Positions 38,084-47,418 of a DNA stretch of 64,000 bases are shown here, in pieces (within the stretch, counting starts at the first letter, position 1; the number at the start of each line of letters is the position of its first letter). The stretch lies in NCBI GenBank assembly GCA_016787895.1, contig JAEUTN010000005.1:214811-278810 (forward strand), in the 5' to 3' direction. Source of the DNA: Bacteroidia bacterium (GTDB lineage: Bacteria > Bacteroidota > Bacteroidia > B-17B0 > Aurantibacillaceae). Both the position numbers and the translations under genes were made by a program. The notes beneath the pieces were generated by a model that worked only from the letters and a program-made list of their open reading frames with translations, did no database searches and was not told where the DNA came from.

Positions 38084-39469
38084 TCAGCGCTGTACCTGAA
38101 ACTTCAACGCTTCAGTATGCAATCCCACACCCGAATAGGAGAGATAGTAAGTTCCCGGAGCCAGTTTGTGCACTTTTAGTTTGAAAAACTCAGTTCCTGG
38201 CAAAACGGTTTCACTCAGCACAACTTTGCCGGCAATATCCGTTACTTTTAAAGTGGCTTCTTTATTGTATTTGCCGGTTTCTGATACCAATTTCAGTGTT
38301 AGCTCTTCACTCACCGGATTTGGGTACATTTCAATGATGCCAATCTGCGCTTCCAGAACACCCTGCGAAGAACGGGTTTCTGCCTTAACCGGGGTAATGG
38401 TTTCGGGCATCACATCCATAGCCTCCGGATTTTGAACAATTTCTGAAGGAACTTCTGCAGCAACCGGGGTTATGCCTGTGAGATCAGGCTCTTTGATATT
38501 ATTCTGCCGCGGTATGGCCACCGAATACAAGTTATTCTCTCCCCAACTGTTGGTGATTGAATGTACAAAAAACAACATGGAAGCATTCTCGGCAAAGCAA
38601 GGCTGATGCAAGTCGAGTTTCGCGTTCATATCAAATAGTTTTTCAACCAATGAACCGCTGAATGACTCTGTAAGGGTTTTGCGGCGTACAATGCGTATGC
38701 TACCATCTTCGTTATCATTGTCATAAATAAAGGACAGGCCATCGCTGCTTACCCTGCCCAGAGCATTGTCTTCCACAATATTGCGTTCCACACGCTGGTA
38801 TTCAATATCTGAAGCTTTGCGGAACCAACTCGTTTTATCTTCATGGCAAAGAAAAAACTGGCTCATGTTGTCACAAAAGCTCGGGCAGTTTTTAAAACCG
38901 TCCTCAATCGGTTTACCAGATTCTGTAAGTAAGATAATCTGGTTGTCGAATTCGAATTGAGTGCTGCTGTTTTCCATGGCCTTAGCCCGGTATATTTTAC
39001 CGCCGGAAATAAATATCAGGATTTTTCTATCATCGCTAAGCCAGCAGGAATTGATAGCAGACATAACACCCGATGGGGTATTGGCTATTTTTACTTCGCG
39101 GGGTATAGACCATGCGGTTTGTAAATTGGGTCGGGTGCAGTAGAAAAAAGCATCTGCACTTGCGTTGTGTGTATAATACAAATGCAAACCATCAGCACTT
39201 ACCCAGGGGTAAGCTTCCGATTTATCGGATTTATTGTACATAAAAGCTGCCGGGCGACTTTCGCGGGGCATCTTTTCAATTACACTGCGTATATCATCAG
39301 GGGTATGTATATCGTCTTTGACAACTGCATCAGTTGGTTCCGCATCATGAAAAACATCGATTTCCTCAACATGAGGCAAAACGGTTTCACGTTCACGGTC
39401 TGTTCCCTGCGTGAAAGCCAGGTGGGCAGAAATAAAAAGCGGCAGAATGGCAAATAGGCGGCGTTGCAT
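38084..39469 (-). CDS. secreted TolB/PD40-like repeat protein with T9SS type-A C-terminal sorting domain
   Basis: The signal peptide is MQRRLFAILPLFISAHLAFTQ. The C-terminal ~80 aa, MYPNPVSEELTLKL...LKVTDIAGKVV...LAPGTYYLSY, is the Por_Secre_tail pattern. Confidence 0.75.
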   Translation of the reverse strand: MQRRLFAILPLFISAHLAFTQGTDRERETVLPHVEEIDVFHDAEPTDAVVKDDIHTPDDIRSVIEKMPRESRPAAFMYNKSDKSEAYPWVSADGLHLYYTHNASADAFFYCTRPNLQTAWSIPREVKIANTPSGVMSAINSCWLSDDRKILIFISGGKIYRAKAMENSSTQFEFDNQIILLTESGKPIEDGFKNCPSFCDNMSQFFLCHEDKTSWFRKASDIEYQRVERNIVEDNALGRVSSDGLSFIYDNDNEDGSIRIVRRKTLTESFSGSLVEKLFDMNAKLDLHQPCFAENASMLFFVHSITNSWGENNLYSVAIPRQNNIKEPDLTGITPVAAEVPSEIVQNPEAMDVMPETITPVKAETRSSQGVLEAQIGIIEMYPNPVSEELTLKLVSETGKYNKEATLKVTDIAGKVVLSETVLPGTEFFKLKVHKLAPGTYYLSYSGVGLHTEALKFQVQR

Positions 39470-39519
39470 ATAACAAATATACAACCACACACAAAAAAGA
39501 AAACGGAAACTGAAAAATT

Positions 39520-40566
39520 TTACATAATCAGCATGGCATCGCCATAGCAGAGGAAGCGGTATTTTTCTTTGATAGCCTCCTGATAGACGTGGTGCATAAA
39601 TTCCAGGTCTGTATATGCGCATGCCATCATAAATAACGGACTTTCCGGCTGATGAAAGTTGGTGATGAAAGCATTAGCAATGCTGAAGTGATAGGGAGGA
39701 AAAAGGAATTTATCAGTCCATCCTTCGCTGGGGTTCAGCGTTTTGGTGCTGCTCACGCTGGTTTCCATGGCGCGCATGACACTGCCACCAACAGATACCA
39801 CCCGTTTTTTTGCATGGATCGCGTTATTTACAATATCACAGGCAGATTGCTCGATGCGATAGTATTCGCTGTCCATTTTGTGCTTGGTGAGGTCTTCTAC
39901 TTCCACCTCCCGGAATGCACCCAATCCAAGATGCAGGGTTATTTCTGCGAACTTGATTCCCTTGATATCCAGGCGCATCAGCAATTCGCGGGTCAGATGC
40001 AGTTGTGCTGCAGGTGCAGCCACTGCTCCAATGTGCTTGGCAAAGAGGGACTGATACCAGGCTTCGTCTTCTTTTTTTACACCACGGGTTATGTATTTGG
40101 GAATGGGGGTTTCACCCAGTTTTTTCACAACCCTCGCAAAATCCTCATCTGAACCATCGAACAGGAAACGGATCGTGCGGCCACGGCTGGTGGTGTTGTC
40201 CACCACTTCTGCCACCAGGTCGTCGTTGCCAAAGTACAGCTTGTTACCAACCCGGATTTTACGGGCCGGATCCACGAGAACATCCCAGAGGCGCAAATCG
40301 TGATTCAACTCACGGAGCAAAAACACTTCAATCTGGGCTCCGGTCTTTTCTTTCTGACCATACATGCGGGCGGTAAACACCTTGGTGTTGTTCACAACCA
40401 TCACATCATCCTCGTCCAGTATATCCAGCACATCGTGGAATGTGCGGTGTTCTATGGTTTTGGCCTGTTTGTCTATCACCATAAGACGACTCTCGTGGCG
40501 GGTTTTCAGTGGTTCCTGTGCCACCAGTTCTTCAGGAAGTTCAAACTTGAATTGTGATAATTTCAT
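39520..40566 (-). CDS. queA: S-adenosylmethionine:tRNA ribosyltransferase-isomerase
   Basis: It begins [19 protein letters not shown]...SRLMV and contains TNFHQPES. Confidence 0.93.
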   Translation of the reverse strand: MKLSQFKFELPEELVAQEPLKTRHESRLMVIDKQAKTIEHRTFHDVLDILDEDDVMVVNNTKVFTARMYGQKEKTGAQIEVFLLRELNHDLRLWDVLVDPARKIRVGNKLYFGNDDLVAEVVDNTTSRGRTIRFLFDGSDEDFARVVKKLGETPIPKYITRGVKKEDEAWYQSLFAKHIGAVAAPAAQLHLTRELLMRLDIKGIKFAEITLHLGLGAFREVEVEDLTKHKMDSEYYRIEQSACDIVNNAIHAKKRVVSVGGSVMRAMETSVSSTKTLNPSEGWTDKFLFPPYHFSIANAFITNFHQPESPLFMMACAYTDLEFMHHVYQEAIKEKYRFLCYGDAMLIM

Positions 40567-40630
40567 GGGGATGTAGTACGCCCTAAATTGGGGCGCGAAA
40601 TTAATATAATTCAGGGCGGAAACCAAGCAA

Positions 40631-40661
40631 TAAAAAATCCGCCCTGTTTCCGGGGCGGATT
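40631..40661 (-). terminator. intrinsic terminator after hbd
   Basis: The minus strand has AATCCGCCC-(loop)-GGGCGGATT followed by TTTTTATT. Confidence 0.75.
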
Positions 40662-40682
40662 GTGTGAAAGGAAAGTCTCTTA

Positions 40683-41606
40683 TTAGTTTGTATGCAGTGC
40701 GTGCACATCCGGCCCGGTGCGGCGGAAGTTATGCGCTACCACCAGATCTTTGGTTCCATGCGAATAGTCGTAGAACCCGCGGCCTGACTTTACACCCAGG
40801 TCGCCGGCAGTAACCATGTTCACCAGCAACGTACAGGGTGCGTATTTCTGGTCGTTGAATCCCTGGTGCAAAACATTCAAAATGGCCAGACAAACGTCCA
40901 GGCCAATAAAATCGGCCAGTTGCAACGGACCCATGGGATGGGCCATACCGAGTTTCATGATGGTGTCAATCTCCTCAACACCAGCCACTCCCTGATCCAG
41001 CGCATAAATGGCTTCATTGATCATCGGCAACAAAATGCGGTTACTGATGAAACCAGGATAGTCGCGGGTAACTGCAGGTACCTTGCCCAGTTTGCGTGTA
41101 AGTTCTACAATGATATTAGCCGTTTCCTCAGTGGTTTTGTAGCCACCTATGATTTCTACCAGTTTCATCACCGGTACAGGATTCATAAAATGCATGCCTA
41201 TCACCTTGTCCGGGCGGTTGGTAACTGAGCCTATTCTGGTGATGCTGATCGAAGAGGTATTGCTTGCCAGAATGCAATCCGGGCGGGTCAGCGTATCCAG
41301 TTGACGGAAAATGTTCAGTTTTACATCCACATTTTCAGTGGCTGCTTCTATCACCAGATCAGCCTGTTCCACACCATCGCTGATGTTGGTAAATGTGTTA
41401 ATGCGACCCAGGGCATCTGCTTTGTCCGCTTCGGTAAGACTTCCTTTGGAAATCTGCCGGTCCATATTTTTTGTGATGGTGGCAATTGCCTTATCCAGGA
41501 CTTCCTGTTTTACATCAATCAGGTTTACATGGTAACCATTCTGGGCAAAAACGTGCACAATTCCATTGCCCATTGTGCCTCCTCCGATAACTGCTATATT
41601 CTTCAT
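40683..41606 (-). CDS. 3-hydroxybutyryl/3-hydroxyacyl-CoA dehydrogenase
   Basis: [24 protein letters not shown] is a Rossmann GxGxxG motif, and NTSS is present. It has 3HCDH N and C domains. Confidence 0.9.
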   Translation of the reverse strand: MKNIAVIGGGTMGNGIVHVFAQNGYHVNLIDVKQEVLDKAIATITKNMDRQISKGSLTEADKADALGRINTFTNISDGVEQADLVIEAATENVDVKLNIFRQLDTLTRPDCILASNTSSISITRIGSVTNRPDKVIGMHFMNPVPVMKLVEIIGGYKTTEETANIIVELTRKLGKVPAVTRDYPGFISNRILLPMINEAIYALDQGVAGVEEIDTIMKLGMAHPMGPLQLADFIGLDVCLAILNVLHQGFNDQKYAPCTLLVNMVTAGDLGVKSGRGFYDYSHGTKDLVVAHNFRRTGPDVHALHTN

Positions 41607-41700
41607 TCTATGGTAAAGGGTTTCTCCGTCAGGGCTTTTCAGCCATTGCCTTAAAGGCGGCGCAAAGTACGTTCATTTGGGGTGCAACAACAACAGTCTT

Positions 41701-42363
41701 TCAGACTTTTGGCCTGCCAAAGAGCAGATAATTGTACCGCACCCGCTGCAATATGTCAATTTCCCGCCAATTGCTTTCAAATACAGCTTTGTACCGCAGG
41801 AATTCCTGCTCTCTGCTCATTATGTTCTGAATAAACAGTCCACCCACTGACAGCCGGGATTTAAGGTTCTGATAAAAAACTGCGCTGGTGCAAAAGGCCG
41901 GCATTTCTGTATCCCTGAACAGGTCACAAAGAATAAGGTCGTAGGTTTGCGTGTCTTCGCCAATGGCCTGGGCTGCATTGGCACATACGAAATGCACTCT
42001 TTCGGAGTAAAAGTACTTTTGGGCAAGGGCTATCACCACCGGATCTATCTCTACAGCAGTGATTTCCGCCTGTGGATTCCAACGGGTATGGATGATTTGT
42101 GCAGCACTTCCCCCTCCATAACCCAACAACAGCACTTTCTCAAACCTGCACTGGTACTTTACTGAAGCATGCAGCAATGCGTCCTGCATTACTTTATGCA
42201 GCAATCCAAATGAGTAATTGGCATTCTCACTGTCCAGCACGTAGTGGCCCCGGTATAGGGTAACTTCCAGCGCAGGATTCCACTCAGAGCTTTTTTTTTC
42301 AATGGCAATCGGCCACAGGTAACTCAACCAGCGCTGAAATAATGGGGGGTTCACAGATGGCAA
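41701..42363 (-). CDS. spermidine-synthase-like SAM-dependent methyltransferase
   Basis: VLLLGYGGGSAAQ...AVEIDPVVI...DLILCDLF is a class I MTase / spermine synthase pattern. The only ATGs lie inside maf on the opposite strand, so a TTG (42363) or GTG (42354) start is assumed. Confidence 0.55.
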   Translation of the reverse strand: MPSVNPPLFQRWLSYLWPIAIEKKSSEWNPALEVTLYRGHYVLDSENANYSFGLLHKVMQDALLHASVKYQCRFEKVLLLGYGGGSAAQIIHTRWNPQAEITAVEIDPVVIALAQKYFYSERVHFVCANAAQAIGEDTQTYDLILCDLFRDTEMPAFCTSAVFYQNLKSRLSVGGLFIQNIMSREQEFLRYKAVFESNWREIDILQRVRYNYLLFGRPKV

Positions 42364-42396
42364 AGTAAAACCATTTGCGGGTTCTACATTTGCGGT

Positions 42397-43026
42397 GTGA
42401 TAGAATTTCCGGAAATCCTGCTGGCCAGTAAATCTCCGCGCCGCCACCAGTTGCTCGCCGATGCTGGTTTCAGGTTTACCTATGCAGATATTGCTGCAGA
42501 GGAAGATTACCCGCTTCACCTGAAAAAGGCAGAGGTATGCGAATACCTTGCCCGGCATAAGGCTGAACATTACACCCAACCTATCGGAGATAAAGTGCTG
42601 GTAACGGCAGACACCATTGTATGCGTGGAAGACAGTGTCATCAATAAACCGGCAGATGCGGAAGAAGCTTTTGAAATGCTGCGCACCCTGAGTGGACGCA
42701 TGCATGAGGTTTTTACCGGTGTTTGCCTGAAAAATGATGCCCGTACCTATGTTTTTTCCCAGCGCACGGAAGTGTGGTTCTATCCTTTAACAGATGAAGA
42801 AATTCTGCATTACATCGCCATGCACAAACCATTCGACAAAGCCGGCGCTTATGGCGTGCAGGACTGGATGGGCTATGTGGGGGTGGAAAAAATCAACGGT
42901 TGCTTTTACAATGTGATGGGTTTCCCCGTCGCAAAATTTTATAGGGAACTACAGGGATTTTTAGCGGCAAAATCAATGAACCTTTTCAGCGAAACGGGAA
43001 TCAAATCTAAAAGCAGTCTGCTTTAA
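42397..43026 (+). CDS. maf: Maf-like nucleoside triphosphate pyrophosphatase
   Basis: It contains ILLASKSPRRHQLL and GAYGVQD. The C-terminus appears ~15 aa longer than I would expect and runs into the AT-rich block. Confidence 0.85.
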   Translation: MIEFPEILLASKSPRRHQLLADAGFRFTYADIAAEEDYPLHLKKAEVCEYLARHKAEHYTQPIGDKVLVTADTIVCVEDSVINKPADAEEAFEMLRTLSGRMHEVFTGVCLKNDARTYVFSQRTEVWFYPLTDEEILHYIAMHKPFDKAGAYGVQDWMGYVGVEKINGCFYNVMGFPVAKFYRELQGFLAAKSMNLFSETGIKSKSSLL

Positions 43027-43691
43027 AGAACAAACTTTACACCGCAATTGACAAAACTCAGAATCCGAAAAAGATCTGCTGGTTGTTTGTAGGGTAATGC
43101 CCCTTTCAAGGGGACGTCACTCAAATCTCTTTTAATGGCAAATTGTCCTCCTGCAGCTATAACCAGTTCCATTCTTTCGTTGCGGCCAAGAGCTTTTGAC
43201 CATTCAAATCCGAGAATTGCCCATTGTCCTGGACTCCAAGATAATTCGTGGCCATCATAAACCTTTTCTACCTGATTTCTTGCTATAACTATCTGCGATT
43301 TAATTTTTTTACTGAAACCAAATCCTACATTGCAATAGATTTCATAATTTTTTTGAACAAGAGGAAAACCGAACGTCAACGGATAAAGTAATGTAGCGAA
43401 ATTATTCTTTTGTTGCACAGAATAAACACCTGAATCTGTCTGTAAATTATATTCTTCAGTATACTTCCTGGGCTGATATATTATGTGTAATGACAATTTC
43501 ATTCTCTCTATCGGACAATAGAACCCAGCGCCAAAACCGAAATTAAACCTGTTATTTACAGTTGAAAACCCGTTCATAACCGAGAAATAATGTGGTTGTG
43601 TGAAAAATACATCTATTCCAATTGTATTCCTGGCTTGAGAATATGCTCGGTTAAGACATAATAAAAGACTAATTAATATATATTTTTGCAT
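43023..43691 (-). CDS. hypothetical beta-barrel-like outer-membrane protein (AT-rich block)
   Basis: The signal peptide is MQKYILISLLLCLNRAYSQ. This 222-aa protein has an alternating pattern and is rich in F/Y/N/K. Confidence 0.5.
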   Translation of the reverse strand: MQKYILISLLLCLNRAYSQARNTIGIDVFFTQPHYFSVMNGFSTVNNRFNFGFGAGFYCPIERMKLSLHIIYQPRKYTEEYNLQTDSGVYSVQQKNNFATLLYPLTFGFPLVQKNYEIYCNVGFGFSKKIKSQIVIARNQVEKVYDGHELSWSPGQWAILGFEWSKALGRNERMELVIAAGGQFAIKRDLSDVPLKGALPYKQPADLFRILSFVNCGVKFVL

Positions 43692-43700
43692 ATTTAAATT

Positions 43701-44369
43701 TCAGAATTCATAACCCATACCAACGTTCAAACGCCACCACATTTTTCCTTGGTTATATTCGAAGGGTAAATATAAACCTTTTCTTTCGGATATTATTGTT
43801 CGGTTAATAACAGATAATAATGAAATGTACGGCCTCTTTTCATGAGGCTTGTACTTAAAAGAAAATCCCCCATATACTCCAAATCCTGACTTGAATTCGT
43901 CATTTCGATAATTATTCTTAATTGTGCTATCTATAAAATAGGTTATTGTATTTGTATTTCCCAAATTCGTAAATTGCAAACCTAATTGAGTCATAATTGC
44001 GCATTGGTTTCTATCGAATATAACAAAACTATGAGTAAATCCAATATCATTCATCACAACATGAACATTCCTGCGCAATATCACATCAACGTATGGATCA
44101 TTGAAAGCAGACCGTTTTTGATCAATATACTTGAATGTTCTCTGATTAACTATAACACTTATACCCGTTCTTTTATTGAAATAACCCCCTACAAAAGAAA
44201 TACCATAATTGTTTAAATTACGGTTAGGACGAAAATACAAATTCTTCTTATTTAAATGATAAATGGGATACAAACCCATTACTTCTAAACTTATAACCTT
44301 TTGGGGTAATTGACCAAATAGGCAACAATGAATATAAAATATAGCTAATATTAATTTTTTCTTGTACAT
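43701..44369 (-). CDS. hypothetical beta-barrel-like outer-membrane protein (AT-rich block)
   Basis: It has an N-terminal hydrophobic leader and is also exactly 222 aa. It ends GMGYEF, an aromatic C-terminal residue typical of OMP barrels. Confidence 0.5.
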   Translation of the reverse strand: MYKKKLILAIFYIHCCLFGQLPQKVISLEVMGLYPIYHLNKKNLYFRPNRNLNNYGISFVGGYFNKRTGISVIVNQRTFKYIDQKRSAFNDPYVDVILRRNVHVVMNDIGFTHSFVIFDRNQCAIMTQLGLQFTNLGNTNTITYFIDSTIKNNYRNDEFKSGFGVYGGFSFKYKPHEKRPYISLLSVINRTIISERKGLYLPFEYNQGKMWWRLNVGMGYEF

Positions 44370-44376
44370 CTATAAA

Positions 44377-45819
44377 CTATAATTTAACTATTTTTTCACA
44401 TATTATTTTTCTATTTATCCCTATTCCATATGGATACCTTACATAGTATACTCCGGGAGTAAAATGACTAATATCAATAAAAACACCATTCTTATAAATA
44501 CCTTCTGACAAGAACTTACCATTACTTGTGAATATTTCATAAGTAAAGCTATCTAAATTTACAGAATCAGACCTAAGTAGAAATTTTTCTTTAACAGGAT
44601 TTGGAAATAAATATTCACCAACTAATTCTTCCTTTTCAACCTCATTTGGCAAAGATGCCAACATTGGCTCTGATCCACAATTTACCAATTTAGGTTCTAA
44701 TTCGCAAATTGCATCAATAGGATTAAACATATTATTTGTTTTGCTAATGTCAATATTTTGACCAATTAGTTTAATAAAATATCCTTTTGGAAGTGTATAA
44801 TTACAATTAAATACAATATTCTTACCATAAACCACATTGAATATATTCTGTTTAAAATTTAAATTGTCACAATCATCAATTAACACATCCTCACAAGGAT
44901 ACTTATAGTAAACCTTTACCCAATCTATCAACATTTCACAAGGCAAGTCTGTTGGATATGTGGTTGGCTCATATGGGCCTTTATGTACATTAACTGTAAA
45001 AACAATATCTAATGGCTTATCTACAAATACTTTAGACCTAAGTGACCATCCATTTGCAGTATTCCAATCTCTTACATTGCCTGCTAAATCAAAAAATTGC
45101 CATAAAGTTCTAATATGAATGCCATCCAGATACCATTTTATATAAAAGGGGTTCCATTCAACACCATAAGTGTGGAATTTTGAATAAAATTCGTCATCTT
45201 GATGAAAGGCATCAGTGCAAAAATATTTTCCATGATTATCATCCGGTATTTCATGATGAGTGCTCATTTGCATGCAATTAAACTTGTTCTTCCAAAATTC
45301 AAAAATATCAATTTCATTCCACAAGTCAGGACTTCTGCTCATTAACCAAAAACCAGGCCAAGTTCCTCCAGCCTTTGGAATCTTTATTCTCGCTTCGAAT
45401 TTACCATAATCATATTTAAATTGATACCTCGAATCTACTCTACCAGACGTAAACCTAAAATCTGATTCACCTGCCCACCAAACTACATTTTTTAAATTTT
45501 CTTCTTTGGTAATGATTTTCATCATGCCATTCTCTACAGCAACATTATTCTTTGTATACCACTGTTTTGTAGCGTCTTGATCACTTATTCCCCCATTGAG
45601 TGTAGTAGATACATTCCAGTAATTTTCATCTAATTTGTTACCATTAAAATCATCCTCAAAAATTAATATGTATTCTTGAGGCATTCGAATTTTGCCCTGT
45701 ACATTATATAAATAAAATGTTCCACTCTCATTACAATCACCAGTACTTCCACCACATGTACCTTGGGAATAAAGGTATGATTGAATCAAAATCAATAGAA
45801 TATATGTTAAATATTTCAT
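44377..45819 (-). CDS. glycoside hydrolase family 16 (beta-glucanase/laminarinase-like) with T9SS type-A sorting domain
   Basis: GTWPGFWLM...WNEIDIFEF is the ExDxxE catalytic motif of GH16. The C-terminal LFPNPVKEKFLL...FTPGVYYVRY is the Por_Secre_tail pattern. Confidence 0.85.
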   Translation of the reverse strand: MKYLTYILLILIQSYLYSQGTCGGSTGDCNESGTFYLYNVQGKIRMPQEYILIFEDDFNGNKLDENYWNVSTTLNGGISDQDATKQWYTKNNVAVENGMMKIITKEENLKNVVWWAGESDFRFTSGRVDSRYQFKYDYGKFEARIKIPKAGGTWPGFWLMSRSPDLWNEIDIFEFWKNKFNCMQMSTHHEIPDDNHGKYFCTDAFHQDDEFYSKFHTYGVEWNPFYIKWYLDGIHIRTLWQFFDLAGNVRDWNTANGWSLRSKVFVDKPLDIVFTVNVHKGPYEPTTYPTDLPCEMLIDWVKVYYKYPCEDVLIDDCDNLNFKQNIFNVVYGKNIVFNCNYTLPKGYFIKLIGQNIDISKTNNMFNPIDAICELEPKLVNCGSEPMLASLPNEVEKEELVGEYLFPNPVKEKFLLRSDSVNLDSFTYEIFTSNGKFLSEGIYKNGVFIDISHFTPGVYYVRYPYGIGINRKIICEKIVKL

Positions 45820-45830
45820 AATATTAAAAA

Positions 45831-47015
45831 TTATGGATGTGATCTATTTTCCAATTTATTATATTCTTCCCTTAATGTTTGAATGTCTTGACTTAATTGC
45901 AATATATATAATGTCAACTCTTCTATTTTTAATTGTTGTAATCTCTGAATTTCTGGAATGTTCTGCCCATTTGTCAGCATTTCTCCTTCACTGGGGAATC
46001 CCGGCAAGTGCTTATTTGTTTTAATAAACAATTCCAAGCTATCGAGTGTCATGGGTTTATACTTTTTTGTAAACACAAAATCTGGCCACCATTTAGTTTT
46101 ACTCTTAAGTCCATTGCAAATTAACTCCCCTTGCAATTCCAGTTGGCCTTTTATAAGCATATTGCCCGTAGCATCCATGCGCATACCACCTCCACTCCCG
46201 TTCATGGGAACGATAGCTAACCCAGCATTGAGATTGGTACCATTGTATGCCGGTCCAGTTCCAGGGCCAGAACTTGAATTGGACTGCCCTTGTCCATCTG
46301 AGTAGCTTATTACCAAATCCCCCTGCTGGGTGAGACTGTTTACTGTACCCGCTGTAACTCCGCTATATAAGGCAATATGGCGACTGTAAAAAGCATCGAA
46401 CGGTACTGTGTTGGGTGCTGTGCCTTTCACCACACTCATATACCGGGCTTTTTGCCCAAAAATAGCCGTAGGTTTGTTCGTGCTTCCGCCCATTACATCG
46501 AGCATAGCACGCGGGTTTGCATTGTTCACACCGGTGCTGCCATCTGGCAATACAATAAACCGGGAATTGTCCATGGCCGGTGTGGGATTGGGCATAATGT
46601 TGCCAGGTGAAGTCAAATCCCTCACTAAAAAAAGTGGTTCCCCTTTATTTAAAGTACTATAGCCCAGTCCGCCAGGCAATATGGCAGGCATAGCAGGTAT
46701 TGAGGCAGATATAGGTATATATGGTGCATCCACACCAGAATTCGGGTCTCCGAAATCACCGCCACCTATGCCTCCGGTGGGTCCGCCTGACCCTGTATTG
46801 CAATAATCCGAAGCCGTAACCACCAGACCTTTTACAGGCACCATGGCATTGCAAAACCGGATTTCCTGCCATCCGGCGGGGATGCCTATCCCAATTCCCA
46901 CAGCACTGTTGGTAACTGTTGTGGTACCAGTGCCGCCAGGGTCAGGTGTCCAGTTTCCGGGAGATTGAGCCTTCAAAGTACTCAAACTGCCAGCCAGGAG
47001 GCTTGCGCAGATCAT
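45831..47015 (-). CDS. Gly/Pro-rich surface protein with AT-rich C-terminal coiled-coil module
   Basis: This 394-aa ORF has a weak leader, MICASLLAGSLSTLKAQ. Its body is G/P/T/N-rich and its tail is KWWPDFVFTKKYKPMTLDSLELFIKTNKHLPGFPSE...EELTLYILQLSQDIQTLREEYNKLE. Confidence 0.6.
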   Translation of the reverse strand: MICASLLAGSLSTLKAQSPGNWTPDPGGTGTTTVTNSAVGIGIGIPAGWQEIRFCNAMVPVKGLVVTASDYCNTGSGGPTGGIGGGDFGDPNSGVDAPYIPISASIPAMPAILPGGLGYSTLNKGEPLFLVRDLTSPGNIMPNPTPAMDNSRFIVLPDGSTGVNNANPRAMLDVMGGSTNKPTAIFGQKARYMSVVKGTAPNTVPFDAFYSRHIALYSGVTAGTVNSLTQQGDLVISYSDGQGQSNSSSGPGTGPAYNGTNLNAGLAIVPMNGSGGGMRMDATGNMLIKGQLELQGELICNGLKSKTKWWPDFVFTKKYKPMTLDSLELFIKTNKHLPGFPSEGEMLTNGQNIPEIQRLQQLKIEELTLYILQLSQDIQTLREEYNKLENRSHP

Positions 47016-47042
47016 GAATTTTAAAAACCCCTTATGGTTGTA

Positions 47043-47054
47043 GGGGGGGGGGGG
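47043..47054. repeat. G12 (C12 on the coding strand) homopolymer, 27 nt upstream of the 45831-47015 ATG
   Basis: Counted directly: 8 G at 47043-47050 plus 4 G at 47051-47054. Confidence 0.95.
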
Positions 47055-47418
47055 ATTTTTTGCAATGAGTTATTTGAAAGAATCATTTTACAAAGGATAC
47101 AAATAAAAGTGAGAAAAAAATGAGTATAAAGTACTAAGGTTTAAAAAATGTTCATTTACATTTTTCATTTCACTCTGTTCACCATGAAATAGATTGACAC
47201 TGTCTTTGTAAAAACAAAGCGTTATCCCATTATATTGCATTCATATCAAAGGAACATCAAAAGAACATATAGTGTACGGGGAATAGCCGTGAACATTATG
47301 TAACGTAAATCAGGTTATAAAAGAATAAATCGATGAAACGGAAAGTGCAAAGTGCCGGGGTGAGATAAATATGCTGCTGTTCCGTTCCTTACTTTTGAAT
47401 TAAGATTAGTGCATTTGG

